DNA of 64,000 nt from Octopus vulgaris (taxonomy: Eukaryota): the NCBI GenBank assembly GCA_951406725.2, contig OX597814.1, positions 65,472,001-65,536,000 of the forward strand. Reading direction: 5' to 3'. How positions within the stretch are numbered: the first letter of the stretch is position 1; each line of letters begins with the position of its first letter. Below are positions 15,419-30,255 of the stretch, in pieces. Below the pieces are notes generated by a model. The model saw only the letters and a list, made by a program, of their open reading frames with translations, did not search any database and was not told where the DNA came from. Position numbers and translations under genes: made by a program.

Positions 15419-16176
15419 ACTAGCAGTATCGCCCGGCGTTGCTCAGGTTTGTAAGGGAAATAACTATAAAGCATTTTTAGAGAGTTATAGCCAAAAAATA
15501 GAAAAAAAATGATGGTAAATTTTTTTTGAGAGTTAAAACAGGTGGAGTTGCGTCCCCTAGACGGTCTGTGGTTTGGGTTTCTCATTCTCGACCCCATGTC
15601 GAATTTATCGATTTTTCAGAACTGGGGGAACTTTTCAAAATGTTCGCTGCGTTAGTTTTGAATTATGACATTGGGCTATGTGTGTGTCAAGTTTCATCAG
15701 AATCGGTTGAAAGCCGTGGTCAGAGTGAGGGTACGAGAAAACAGACACACAGAAACACGCACAGACAAACTGCCGTTTATATAGAGAGAGATAGCAGTAT
15801 CGCCCGGCGTTGCTCAGGTTTGTAAGGGAAATAACTATAAAGCATTTTTAGAGAGTTATAGCCAAAAAATAGCAAAAAAATGGAAAAAAAATGATGGTAA
15901 ATTTTTTTGAGAGTTAAAACAGGTGGAGTTGCGTCCCCTAGACGGTCTGTGGTTTGGGTTTCTCATTCTCGACCCCATGTCGAATTTATCGATTTTTTTT
16001 TCAGAACTGGGGGAACTTTTCAAAATTTTCGCTGCGTTAGTTTTGAATTATGACATTGGGCTATGTGTGTGTCAAGTTTCATCAGAATCGGTTGAAAGCC
16101 GTGGTCAGAGTGAGGGTACGAGAAAACAGACACACAGAAACACGCACAGACAAACTGCCGTTTATATAGAGAGAGA
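15419..16176 (+). mobile_element. Tandem dimer of ~371-bp Helitron/HINE-like non-autonomous element
   Basis: Near-identical units start TAGCAGTATCGCCCGGCGTTGCTC at 15421 and 15792, contain CAAGTTTCATCAGAATCGG, and end ACAGACAAACTGCCGTTTATATAG. Confidence 0.65.
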
Positions 16177-16288
16177 TATATATATATACAATTAAGGGCT
16201 CCTAAATTAAGATGCCGAGTGCTGGGAACACAAAAAGGGGATGAATTTATCGAGAGTGAAAATCAAAAACGTTTACCGATAACTTTAA

Positions 16289-16368
16289 CAACTCGAACCG
16301 CACGGTTTCTGCTTCTTTCTAGCAAAACACAGAATATGTTTGCTAAGGCTGGCTTCGTCAGCGAGTCG
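16289..16368 (-). ncRNA. Type I hammerhead ribozyme motif (copy 1)
   Basis: CGACTCG-CTGACGA-AGC[TAGCAAAC..TTTGCTA hairpin]GCA-GAAA-CCGTGCGG-TT-CGAGTTG: stem I 7 bp, intact core, stem III, GUU site. Confidence 0.85.
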
Positions 16369-16744
16369 CCTAAATTGAATCGAGGTCTGCAGCGATGTGG
16401 GACCATGTGTTGATCTCGACTACTAGCAGATCTTAACTTTTCAAATCTCTGCGCAGACGCAAAACTTACACGGCAGTATAGGGCATGCCGGGAAGAATTT
16501 TACGAATAAATCCATCATGTAATATGCGAATATAAACAAGAAGGGTAGTAATATTATTTACTACCAGGTGCCCAGCACAAAAGACGAATTAGTCATAAGA
16601 CAAAAATATTATTCATATAGAAAAATATTATTCATGTAGTTATACAATTAAGGGCTCCTAAATTAAGATGCCGAGTGCTGGGAACACAAAAAGGGGATGA
16701 ATTTATCGAGAGTGAAAATCAAAAACGTTTACCGATAACTTTAA

Positions 16745-16824
16745 CAACTCGAACCGCACGGTTTCTGCTTCTTTCTAGCAAAACACAGAATATGTTTGCT
16801 AAGGCTGGCTTCGTCAGCGAGTCG
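16745..16824 (-). ncRNA. Type I hammerhead ribozyme motif (copy 2)
   Basis: Identical to 16289-16368, offset 456 bp. Confidence 0.85.
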
Positions 16825-17032
16825 CCTAAATTGAATCGAGGTCTGCAGCGATGTGGGACCATGTGTTGATCTCGACTACTAGCAGATCTTAACTTTTCAA
16901 ATCTCTGCGCAGACGCAAAACTTACACGGCAGTATAGGGCAATAAAGATAACATTGATAGTCATATTTAGATACCGATTTTTTCAGGTGGCCAGCATGGG
17001 AATAAGAACCGTCAAAGGTAATAATTATTTAG

Positions 17033-17233
17033 ATTATAATTTAGGGTATCTAAGATATACCCCCATGCTGGAAATAGCAGTCAAAACTTGACTCTAAAAC
17101 CACATGAAATGTTCATACAGTACTGGGAGAGAAGACAAAGTGACAAAATAAACTAACAAAAAGTTCCAAGTCCCGGATTTCTGGCTTTTAATAAGAAATG
17201 CTTTGCCTTCATCAGTGGAATACACATATATGC

Positions 17234-17266
<33 letters not shown>

Positions 17267-17719
17267 CATACATACACACACACAGACACACACACACACG
17301 CACACACACACATATATATATACGATATATTTACGTATACGAACGTATACAAGCATATATATGCATGTATGAACACGACTGGTTTAAATTGCCCCACTAA
17401 AACTTATTTCGTCATTATATTCACTGCGGTGGTGTTCTGACTATATCGTACGAGGAGTTTTAAGGTGGGGCATTTAAGCTGGTCGTAAGTATATCGTTTA
17501 TTTGTGCTATCTAAGTGTATTCCACTGATGAAAGCAAAGCATTTCTTATGCAATGCCAGAATATCTGGGATCTGAAATTATCCAGTAATTTTTTCCTGGT
17601 TTATTTCGTCTCTTTGTCTTCTCTTCTGGTGCTGTATGAACATTTAACGGGGTTTTAGAGTTAAGTTTTGACTGCTATTTCCAGTGTTGTGGTATCTCTT
17701 AGAAACCCTAAATTATAAT
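17033..17719. mobile_element. Foldback element with ~200-bp inverted arms, each with a degenerate hammerhead
   Basis: 17033-17225 is inverted against 17515-17719; TTCCA-CTGATGA-AGGC..GCCA-GAAA..TGGAA at 17164-17220(-) and a variant at 17520-17577(+). Confidence 0.7.
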
Positions 17720-17773
17720 TTTACATATACATGTAGATAGGTATGGATATAGATAAATATATATATATATATA

Positions 17774-17847
<74 letters not shown>

Positions 17848-18779
17848 TACATATATATAAATACAAATAGATACATAAAACATATATGCGTAAATATACA
17901 TGTATATGTATGTATATATATATTATATTATATTATATATACACACATACACACCGATATATATATATATATATATATATACGTGTATGTCGAAAAACGG
18001 TGCGACACAGTTAAACGCAAGTACTTGGGATTGACTAGCACATTTATTAATGAAAGTGTATAAAAAACAACTAAGGCAGAAGGAGTTCATAAAACTGTTC
18101 GAATTTTAATATTACACCCTTTAGATCTCAGCCTTTTATAAGAGAACATACTCTGTCGCTTCCTGTCATGACCGGTGGGGTTAGATCTGAGCAGTCGGAG
18201 GTAATCTTTGAATCCTGAAATCGAGGATGCACAAAACCAAATCTAGGAAAAGTGGTGCCATATTGTTACGTGCACATTTGTGTAAGACCAATTTGTTGCA
18301 ACTCATGAATAAAAAAGTAATTAACATGTTGTTCAACTGTAGTTATGACGGCTGTAGATCAGCTGTAGTTATGATGACTGCACTGTGTTCGTCTTCAAGA
18401 AAATAAGAATCAATCACGCAAGCAGGAATCATCGCGCAGCACATTGTAACGATAACACTGTGTATGGGTTTTCACACAGAATTGAGATCCAATTGATTTC
18501 CAATCTTACAGTTTTTTTATATTCACATAATGAGATAAATGCATATGAGTGTCAACAGATACGATTAGGTGCTGCACAGTATCAGTTTTCTTTTTGCTCT
18601 TGTTGACAAACTATTCACAGAACCTCACTCTGTGAACTCAATCTCTTTGAAGCAATTGAGGCACCATAGGTACTCCATAATCATATAGTTTCATATAACT
18701 ACTAAAATCCTGTCAACAACATTCGAGTAATCTTACCTGCTAAACAAAGCGACGGGTTTTATTCAATGACACGCACCAC

Positions 18780-19084
18780 ACATTCAATATTCACTGTAAT
18801 GCAGGACGTTTGTAGTCGCCCTTATTCTGGTTCTTGTTTGTGAAACCTGTCACACGAAAGTTACGAACCGAGACCATAATAACATTATGGTTTGGTGCCT
18901 CGCGCTTCCGAAAATGTTTGAATAGCCTTTGTGTTGTGATGAGGGAAACTACATTGGTGAAGTATGTTTCTACAGCGGATGTGAGTTTGGATGTGGTAGC
19001 CATGGTGGTGCACTTAGTAATGGGTGAATACCTACAATTTGTTTATTACGAATAAAATTTGTTTCATCATTATGAAACACCCTG
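18780..19084 (-). mobile_element. Tc1/mariner-superfamily 5' fragment (Tc3-like N-terminal HTH)
   Basis: Terminus TA-CAGGGTGTTTCATAA; translation AVETYFTNVVSLITTQRLF..APNHNVIMVSVRNFRVTG resembles DUF4817-type transposase N-termini; possible SDLTP remnant near 18175-18200. Confidence 0.6.
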
Positions 19085-19086
19085 TA

Positions 19087-19139
<53 letters not shown>

Positions 19140-19298
19140 GCGACAGAGTTGGTGTGTGAAAGCACGTGGTTGGATGTATAAAAGACAAGAAAGAGTGAAA
19201 AAACTACAGAAGGCTTGTGTTATATGGTTAAAGAATAAATTAAAATCGTTATGTTAGCAAAATGTTAAAAATCTTTGCGTATAGAAACATAGTTTTTG

Positions 19299-20811
<1,513 letters not shown>

Positions 20812-20829
20812 TTATTATTATTATTATTA

Positions 20830-20942
<113 letters not shown>

Positions 20943-20959
20943 ATTATTATTATTATTAT

Positions 20960-21642
20960 ATGTTTGGCTTTTGCTTTGTGTTTGTACGAGTTGACTCCAG
21001 TCTCACCGAGAGACCTCCAGAGACAAGTTAGAAATTCATGTTGGTGCTATGCCTAGGGTGTCATATATTTGGTTTTGAAGATTATGAGTTTCTTTTAAAA
21101 TTTGATATTACGTAGACAGTATTTTACGTAGGATATGGTCAGTTCCTTTGAGTACTATCTCTTGAATTTCTGCCATTTTGGGATTTCCTGGTATCTGAGC
21201 TAGGTAGGAATGAGCCCCTTTTGCTATAATTTCTAGGGCGCCTATGACAACAGGTATCGTTTCAGTCTTGAGGTTCCACATTTTGCCAATTTCTATTTCA
21301 AGATCTTTATATTTGCTCAGTTTATATTTGACAGATACGTTTATGTCGATTGGGACATTCCTTTCAATGAGGAGGTATGATTTTTGTCTGAAGTCTTTCA
21401 ATATAATGTCTGGGCTATTCGCATCTATCTTTCTGTCAGTTTGAACGGTGAAATTCCATAGGAATGGGATGTGAACTTTTTCAAGCACTGGAGGCTGTTT
21501 GTGTTTCCATCAGTTTTTATCATGGGGCAGGTCCAGGTTTTTGCAAATTACCCAGTAAATATATTGTGCTGCTCTATCATGACTGTTGAGATACTCTGTA
21601 GGCGCAAGAAGAATGCGCATGGAGACATGATCAATGGTTTAA
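20960..21642 (-). mobile_element. R4/Dong-like family 2, truncated copy
   Basis: LWNFTVQTDRKIDANSPDII..KYKDLEIEI..IPVVIGAL; distinct 3' UTR ending in (TAA)n. Confidence 0.88.
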
Positions 21643-21754
21643 TTTTGTTGTTGTTATTGTTGTTGTTGTTGCTGTTCTTCTTCTTCTTCTTATTATTATT
21701 ATTCTTTTTCTTCTTCTTCTTCATTTTCTTCTTCTTCTTCTTCTTCTTCTTCTT

Positions 21755-21840
<86 letters not shown>

Positions 21841-21863
21841 CATCATCATCATCATCATCATCA

Positions 21864-21924
<61 letters not shown>
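21643..21924. repeat. Compound (TTG)/(TTC)/(TTA)/(TCA) microsatellite
   Basis: Directly visible. Confidence 0.95.
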
Positions 21925-21925
<1 letters not shown>

Positions 21926-22210
21926 GGAGGTGACGGAACTCTCAAAATACAAAGATCTGGAAACTCGAATTTGGAGTTTAAAAACAGAAACGATCCCTAT
22001 AATGATAGGTGCATTAGGTATTATTAAAAGACATACAGACAAGTACATAATCAAAACACCAAGGCATGCAAATATATATAACATACTGTAATTATATCTA
22101 TAACACACAGAAAACAGTTATAAAAGCACTGCACACATCCTACATAAAGCACTTTCAATACAGTGAAAATAATAACACCAATGCAAACCACAGCACATAC
22201 CCAAGGCAAC
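21925..22210 (+). mobile_element. Older degenerate family-1-related RLE LINE 3' fragment
   Basis: CTCTCAAAATACAAAGATCTGG...CAGCACATACCCAAGGC is homologous to 50260-50520. Confidence 0.8.
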
Positions 22211-22751
22211 AGCATTAAGAATAAAATGTTTAGTATTCTTTACTCCGAATAAAAAATAAAAAGTAAAAATAAAGACACCGTAAGGGACAAATGCAAATAC
22301 GCTGGGTTGATGTTGAATAATGTGCAAGTAAGGGATAATAAAAAGAAGTTACAACGAAATTTTAACGAAAAATTCCACCAAGGAAGTGATTACCATTTAC
22401 GGCCAATCAAGGAAACTCATAAAATCTCAATCTTGACAAAACTATGAACAGATGACCTCTCCGAAATGTCGTTTCCTGGCCTGTTGATGCATGCTCAGCG
22501 TAGTATACCCATTCACATGTGCTATATTCAATACACTCACCTAGTTTTGATAGAATTTACATTTTCTCTAAATGAATTCTGAATAAGTTGTTGAAGGCTT
22601 GACTGAAGAGGAAAGTGCATCTTTTCAGTAATTTTCATCTTATCACAAAACTTCTTTCGCAACAGCGATCAAAGAGAGTTACCATTTTGTGAAAATTTTC
22701 TTCCGTATATCTGTTACTTGTTGTTCAGAATTAGGTTTGTATGACCATGTA

Positions 22752-22990
22752 AGGGAGCTGCCTCGTGGTTAGGGTGGTGCACTCACGATCCGAGTTTATG
22801 GTCTTGATTCCCGGACCAGGTGAGGTGTTGTGTTTTTGGGCAAAACGCTTCATTTCACTTTACTCTGCTATCTATTCTGGCGTGTGACACACCGTGCACC
22901 TGTACAAACAATGTCGATTTGATGAAGGGAGTACATCACAAACAATTGATCATTATTAACAAATCATTTGTGAAGGTCGTTCAATGAGAA
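22752..22990 (+). mobile_element. tRNA-derived SINE (degenerate)
   Basis: A-box-like CTCGTGGTTAG, TTGATTCCCGGACC, TTGGGCAAAACGCTTCATTTCAC. Confidence 0.6.
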
Positions 22991-25647
22991 ATTACAGAAT
23001 CATCATCCTCGGACTCGAGAGACTACCAACAAGACGCTTGATTTTGAGACAAATTCGACAATATTTGTACTTAGCCTTTGTACTACGGTTGCTGCACATG
23101 AATTAAGTTGACAGAGCTAGCGGCTGTGCTGTTACATTTAGTAGTAATATTAGTCATGGTAGAATTGTGCTTTTTTCACTCGTAGCTGTTGTTGAGGTGG
23201 TATTGGTGATGGTGTTGTTTTCCGTGTCACCTTTCACTGCTTTGTTATAGTTGTTGTCATCACAACTATATATAGGGGTGTCGGCTGCTACAGTGGTTGT
23301 GGTGGTAGCAGGGGTGTTGTGGCGATAGTAGTCCTCACAATTTTCCTTTTCATTTTTGTTGATGCTGCTGCCGTTGTTGTTGCTGTTGCTGCTGCTGTTG
23401 TCGCTGGTGTTTCTCTTATTGCCATCAACGAGACCTATTGCGGTGACGGTACAGGAGTTTGACAGATTGTTGTCGGTTTTCTACCATTGGCATGCGGCTG
23501 CTGCATCTGCGTATTGTTATCGTTATTGTTGTGGCGCCCGTTGTTGCAACTGCTGCTGATGGTCGTTCAGTCAGCTTCTTCCTATCAACTTTTCTTTTAA
23601 ATATTTTGCACTCAGGTCCGTATGTTCTGTCTTTGCTTTTAATGGTCAAGTGGAAAGTTTCTGTCATTTAGATATGGAGATGTAATCTTCTCTGTCTCTT
23701 TCTGATAAGACAAGTGACACGGTCATGCACTTTACTGTTCAAATAGCCTAGACTGGCATACTTTTTCGCTATCAGAAAACTGTATGTTACTGGAGCTTGT
23801 GGCAGTGAAAGAGGGAAAGCTGAAGAGTATTCCAACATCTTCAGGTCAATTCTCCAGCCAGTCATTCACTTGACAAAAAATGTGTGTGCGTGTGTTATTG
23901 CCGCACATGTTGGTGATATGATAGTCGGTCATGCTGTTAAGTTGCTGTGGTTTCGACATAAAACCATTGTTATGCTGTTTGTGATTCATAATTACTCTGA
24001 GGAGAAACTGAATTTGCTTTGTTTCGTTTCTGTTTACTGTCCGTATAAGTGTCCGTTATCGTCCGAGTTTTGCTTTTTGTTGGCAGGGGAAATACATTGT
24101 GTATCCACGCTGCTGCTTTATTAGTAGAAGGTAAATTTTCTTAAGTGAAAAATATAGCCTCCCTTTACCTCCAGCGAAAAAAAAATCCACAACCTAATAC
24201 ACCGCATTGTTTAGATAGTGCACGTCGTAAACATATTTTTTGCGTAGTTTCACCTGCTAAAAACAAAAAATTAAATGTACAATGATTAGAACAAAGTAAA
24301 GCAGGTCATATTCAAACAAATCAAAAAATGATGATGAGGAGGAGGGAGAAGATGATGACGAAGGCAACAACAACGATGATGATAATGATTCTTGTCAAAA
24401 TTGCTTAAATTAGATTGCATAAATATTGTAACCATATGAGACGTAAAACACAGGACCATCTTATCGGGACTAATACTGGGAGTATAATGAGATTTAGAAG
24501 AAATGGAAAAAACTGTGAAGAGTAATTCACGACAGTATTGAAAGAATTAAAAATGAAATTGGAAATATATGATAAATAGGAAAGATTACGAAAACGAAAT
24601 AGCGAGAAAAAGAATTCAGTTGAAATAGAATAGAAATAAAAACAGAATGTATCCGTAAAATAAATTAGAGTATCACAGATTCATATGGAAATACTTATGA
24701 GTTATATAATTATATTATTATATAATTATATTATAATTTTTAAATCTGTTTTTGCTTTACTCATTTTCAAACTTCTACTGTAAATAGTAACGTTAAAATA
24801 TTCTGATAAATCTTTAGAGGTTTTCTCTACTTTACTTTAGACGCTTGAATCCCTAAAGGTAGCATCTGATGATACTTTCCAGTTACTAGGATGAACTGTT
24901 TCTTTGAAAATAAAAGAAAATGAGGGAAAGATAATAAAGTGTAATTTAGATAGTCAACTGATACAATGAATAAGGAGCATGTTAATGAAATTAAACACTT
25001 ACACCGATAGATACAAGCGAATGTATTATCTCAACATAATTATGTGTTCTGTTTTCGTCAGGTAAATATACACGGTATGAAAGTGTTTTCAGGCCTCTAA
25101 AATGCAATCGTATGTTAGGCCATATGTGAATTCTTATATTTTATTTATCTTTAACTATATCGCAATTGGCGACAATATCCTCGTTCATTGTAGGCTTCCA
25201 ATGCGCAAATAACTTGCTTACTGCAATTTAATGGCGATATTCACTAGGAATCGACTAAAACGGGTGAACAAATAATAATCAAGGAGTCTTTTTTAAGATT
25301 CTTATAGAATATTATGAACTATGAAAGGATACTTGGACTTTATCGTAGGTTTACATTATTGTTAGATACTAGAGACATTAAATATCAAGAATAATGTATG
25401 TGTGCGCGTGAATGTGCGTGTATGTGAGAGACAGAGAGCACAGGATGAAAAATAGAGAATAAAAAACGCTATAAGTTGAATATTATATCATATGATAAAT
25501 ATTCACAAATCATTAATTCATTTGTTTACGATATTCTTTCGATTATAGCAATAAGATGGACCGCGAATATACATACATACATACATACATACATACATAC
25601 ATACATACATACATACATACATACATACATGTATGTGTATGTATGTG

Positions 25648-25697
<50 letters not shown>

Positions 25698-25702
<5 letters not shown>

Positions 25703-26030
25703 AACACCCGAACAGAAAGAGAGACGCAGAATGACAAGCTGAAAAACATACACTAAATGCACAGACAATACCGTACTTCTTCTTCATAGTTGTTTGTTCG
25801 TTTCATTTTGTTTTGTTATGTTTAGTCGCATTCCCAGCAATTCTCTTGATGGTTGCTTCCAGGGGTCTAGCAATATCATCGATAATGACACGAAATTGTG
25901 CCCGACGCCCTGGCCGATATCTGATGAGGAGTTGGCGACCTTCTGTGTTTGTTCTTCGTTCATCTGTGCACGTAGTATATGTTTTTCAACTTGTCTTTCT
26001 GTGTCTCTTGGTTCAATTTGTTTATTACTA
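25698..26030. repeat. Small foldback (~65-bp inverted arms)
   Basis: ~25698-25765 is inverted against ~25963-26027. Confidence 0.65.
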
Positions 26031-26088
26031 TACGTGTTTGATTTCTGAAAACATTATTCACGTAAAGCAACGCACTCCTTATTTTTGA

Positions 26089-26163
<75 letters not shown>

Positions 26164-26210
26164 GTGTGTGTGTGTATTATATTATATTATATTATATATA
26201 TCACATGTAA

Positions 26211-26255
<45 letters not shown>

Positions 26256-26329
26256 TGAGTTGTGGGGTATCGCACGAGTGGGATTATATAAGAAAAAAGG
26301 TTTGAAAATGCAATTTAAACGATGTTTAT

Positions 26330-26374
26330 TTACTTAACCGGTTTCACTCTTTGGTAAAAGATTGTCAAAAGTAA
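26330..26374 (-). ncRNA. Minimal hammerhead motif, U3-A8 core variant
   Basis: TTACTT-TTGACAA-TCTTTTACCAAAGAGT-GAAACCGGTT-AAGTAA. Confidence 0.65.
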
Positions 26375-26833
26375 CATTGAATAATATGGGTTCAAAAAAG
26401 TTTTTTACATAATTGTCACATTGAATAATATGCATTCAAAAAAGTTTTTTACATAATTGTCACATTGGATATTATGAATTCAAAAATGTTTTTTTATACA
26501 AAATTGTCACATTACATGTATAAATATAGTGTTTGGTAACAAAGAAGTTCAATAGTGTGATGAGAATATTTGGAAAAATTGGCAGAAAAGGATAAAACAA
26601 ATATATTATTGGAAATTTGGTTGCGTTAATATTTTAAGTTGAAGGCGAGAATATGTTGTTACTGACCTGTTTGTTTCAGCAGAAAGGTTGAATTGAGAGA
26701 AAAAAGGTTGTACCCAGTGTGGTGTATACTTCCCCTTCAAGCATCAATGGTTTTGGGGTTATTAGGAGGTTAGTATGTGGGTGTGAATAGATGTGTCCGT
26801 GCGTGCTGGTCAAGCAGCGTCTGTTTGTCACAC

Positions 26834-26864
<31 letters not shown>

Positions 26865-27600
26865 AAAACACACACCACATACACACAACACACACACACC
26901 CACAGAACACACACACACACACAACGCACCCACATATATAATATATACACACAACACACAAATATAACATGTATTTATATATAATATACACATATATATA
27001 TAACACACATACACACACAACACACACACACACACACAACACACGCACACATCCATACATAATATAAATATCACACAAATACACCTAGCATATATATACA
27101 CATACAATATACAAATACAGCATGTATATAATGCACATACACAATATATGCATGCAATATACGTACGCAATACATACATATAATATATATATATATAGAC
27201 AATGCATATACATATATACATGTATACATATAAATAGTGTTTACATACACATACATAGATATACCACATATACACACAATATACATACATACAATGCATA
27301 CACATACACGTACGCATACATATAATATATATAAACACACACACACATAACATACATACACAATGCATACATATATATACACGCAATGCATATACCTGTA
27401 TTCATGTACATATGGCACACCTACAATATACATATATACAATGCACACATACTCACACATATATACACTTAATTGTACACATACATATACAATACACATA
27501 CATACAATATACATATACACAATGCGCATGCAAATAATGCACATGTTTATACACGCATAAACATGCAAATAAATATACACAGACACACATATACATACAC

Positions 27601-27647
<47 letters not shown>

Positions 27648-27811
27648 CATACATACATACATGCACATACATATATTTTTTCACACACACCCACACACAC
27701 AAATTACAAACCTATAGCGTACACACTCAAATATATCTCTACATACCGCACACACACACAAACAATGTACTCACATATACACACATACCATGCATATACA
27801 CACACAACACT

Positions 27812-27857
<46 letters not shown>

Positions 27858-28323
27858 CAAATACATATGTAAATACATATACACGTATATAATGCTCACA
27901 CGCACAGACACACACACATACACACACACACGCACACAGTGCACACACACACACATATATACACACGTGCACACACACACACACAACGCGCGCACACACA
28001 CACACACACGCGCACACACACACACATACACACACACGCACACACACACACACACACATATGTATACACACGCGCACACACACACACAACGTGCACACAC
28101 ACACACACACACAACACTCACACACATACATAACCTACATATATATAATGCATGCGTGTGTATGCCACGTATGTGTGCGGTCAATGCCCGCTAGTGTGTC
28201 CTATGCGTGCCGATGCGTGCATGTGCCCGCCCGCACGATATGCTGTGAGCGTGCGCGTGTCCCTGTGTGCTTGCTCTGGATGTGTTTCCAGGGGGTATGT
28301 TAGAGTATGTTTAGTTGTGGTCT

Positions 28324-28620
28324 CTATTTTTGAATAAGATTACTTTCCTTATTTATTCGTGTTTGGTCTGTGGTGTTGTCCGAGCATTGGTATAGTGGGA
28401 AGACTAAGAATTTGGGGGACTTATTGTGTGCACAAAGGTCTAAGTGTCCACTTAGAGGTATCTGTCTTTTGGAGGGGTCCCTCAGTTGTTGTCGGTGAAC
28501 TGTCATTCTTTCTCTGAGGGTAAGGCTCGTTTGCCCTATGTAGTCTTCGTGGCATCCTTCACGCCTTATGACGTAGAGTAAATTTTTTGATGCGCACGTG
28601 AAATTATTTTTTATGATGAA
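28324..28620 (-). pseudogene. GIY-YIG endonuclease domain of a Penelope-like element
   Basis: FTCASKNLLYVIRREGCHEDYIGQTSLTLRERMTVHRQQ..LSGH..KESNLIQK: LY..YIGQT..R..H..E pattern. Confidence 0.88.
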
Positions 28621-29430
28621 TGTGTGTGTGTGTGTGTGTGTGTGTGTTGTGTGTGTATGTGTGTTATATATATATGTGTATATTATATATAAATACATGT
28701 TATATTTGTGTGTTGTGTGAAATATATTATATATGTGGGTGCGTTGTGTGTGTGTGTGTTCTGTGGGTGTGTGTGTGTTGTGTGTATGTGGTGTGTGTTT
28801 TTATACTATGTGTGTGTGTGTGTGTTTTTGTGTGTGTGTGTGTGTGTATATATGTGTGTGACAAACAGACGCTGCTTGACCAGCACGCACGGACACATCT
28901 ATTCACACCCACATACTAACCTCCTGATAACCCCAAAACCATTGATGCTTGAAGGGGAAGTATACACCACACTGGGTACAACCTTTTTTCTCTCAATTCA
29001 ACCTTTCTGCTGAAACAAACAGGTCAGTAACAACATATTCTCGCCTTCAACTTAAAATATTCTGAGATGTATAAAAAATCCATTTTAATTTTTGCTGTCA
29101 AAAGATTGTATATATATACCAAAGACTGTATATATATATATACATGTAATGTGACAATTTGCGACAACCAATAATTAACGCAACCAAATTTCCAATAATA
29201 TATTTGTTTTATCCTTTTCTGCCAATTTTTCCAAATATTCTCATCACACTATTGAACTTCTTTGTTACCAAAAACTATATTTATACATGTAATGTGACAA
29301 TTTTGTATAAAAAAACATTTTTGAATTCATAATATCCAATGTGACAATTATGTAAAAAACTTTTTTGAATGCATAATATTCAATGTGACAATTATGTAAA
29401 AAAACTTTTTTGAACCCATATTATTCAATG

Positions 29431-29475
29431 TTACTTTTGACAATCTTTTACCAAAGAGTGAAACCGGTTAAGTAA
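29431..29475 (+). ncRNA. Minimal hammerhead motif, U3-A8 core variant (inverted copy)
   Basis: Identical to 26330-26374. Confidence 0.65.
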
Positions 29476-29512
29476 ATAAACATCGTTTAAATTGCATTTT
29501 CAAACCTTTTTT

Positions 29513-29556
<44 letters not shown>

Positions 29557-29919
29557 TGCATGTATGGATGTATGTATATATGTATGTATACGTGGTGGGG
29601 ACAGCGTGTATGCATGTGTGAGTGTTTGTGTGTATTGGTTTATTTAATTTACGGTCATAGCGAACGATCTTTGTTATCATCTTTACAAAGGTTTCAGTTG
29701 AAGGTAAGGTTGTTTTTGATAACAACCGACATAAAATAGAGGTACACAGAAACACTTGCATACAAGTTCGATGCACACGTATGCATATGTACACTAGCAG
29801 GAACATTAATAGACACACACACAGGTTCACTCATGCTCACTCACCCGCATATGCATACATACATACATATGTCGACACAAACGTGTCTATAGTTGTATAT
29901 AGGTAGGCAGAGAAACAGG

Positions 29920-30255
<336 letters not shown>

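Larger units (their letters stand above)
16185..16941 (-). mobile_element. Hammerhead-bearing direct-repeat element (retrozyme-like or Penelope pLTR tandem)
   Basis: 301-bp apparently identical direct repeats 16185-16485 and 16641-16941 with a 155-bp spacer; each carries a type I hammerhead motif on the minus strand. Confidence 0.75.
26285..29520 (-). mobile_element. Penelope-like element, 5'-truncated with inverted 3' terminal segment
   Basis: Arms ~26285-27050 and ~28620-29520 are near-identical inverted repeats; GIY-YIG fragment between them; hammerhead motif near each outer end; (TA)n flanks. Confidence 0.88.

Noticed and set aside
22540-22640. Short minus-strand open frame ending at a GTGAGT donor-like site
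   Set aside because: No recognisable protein similarity or partner exons
25915-25960. CTGATGAG inside the small foldback
   Set aside because: No downstream GAAA or stem III
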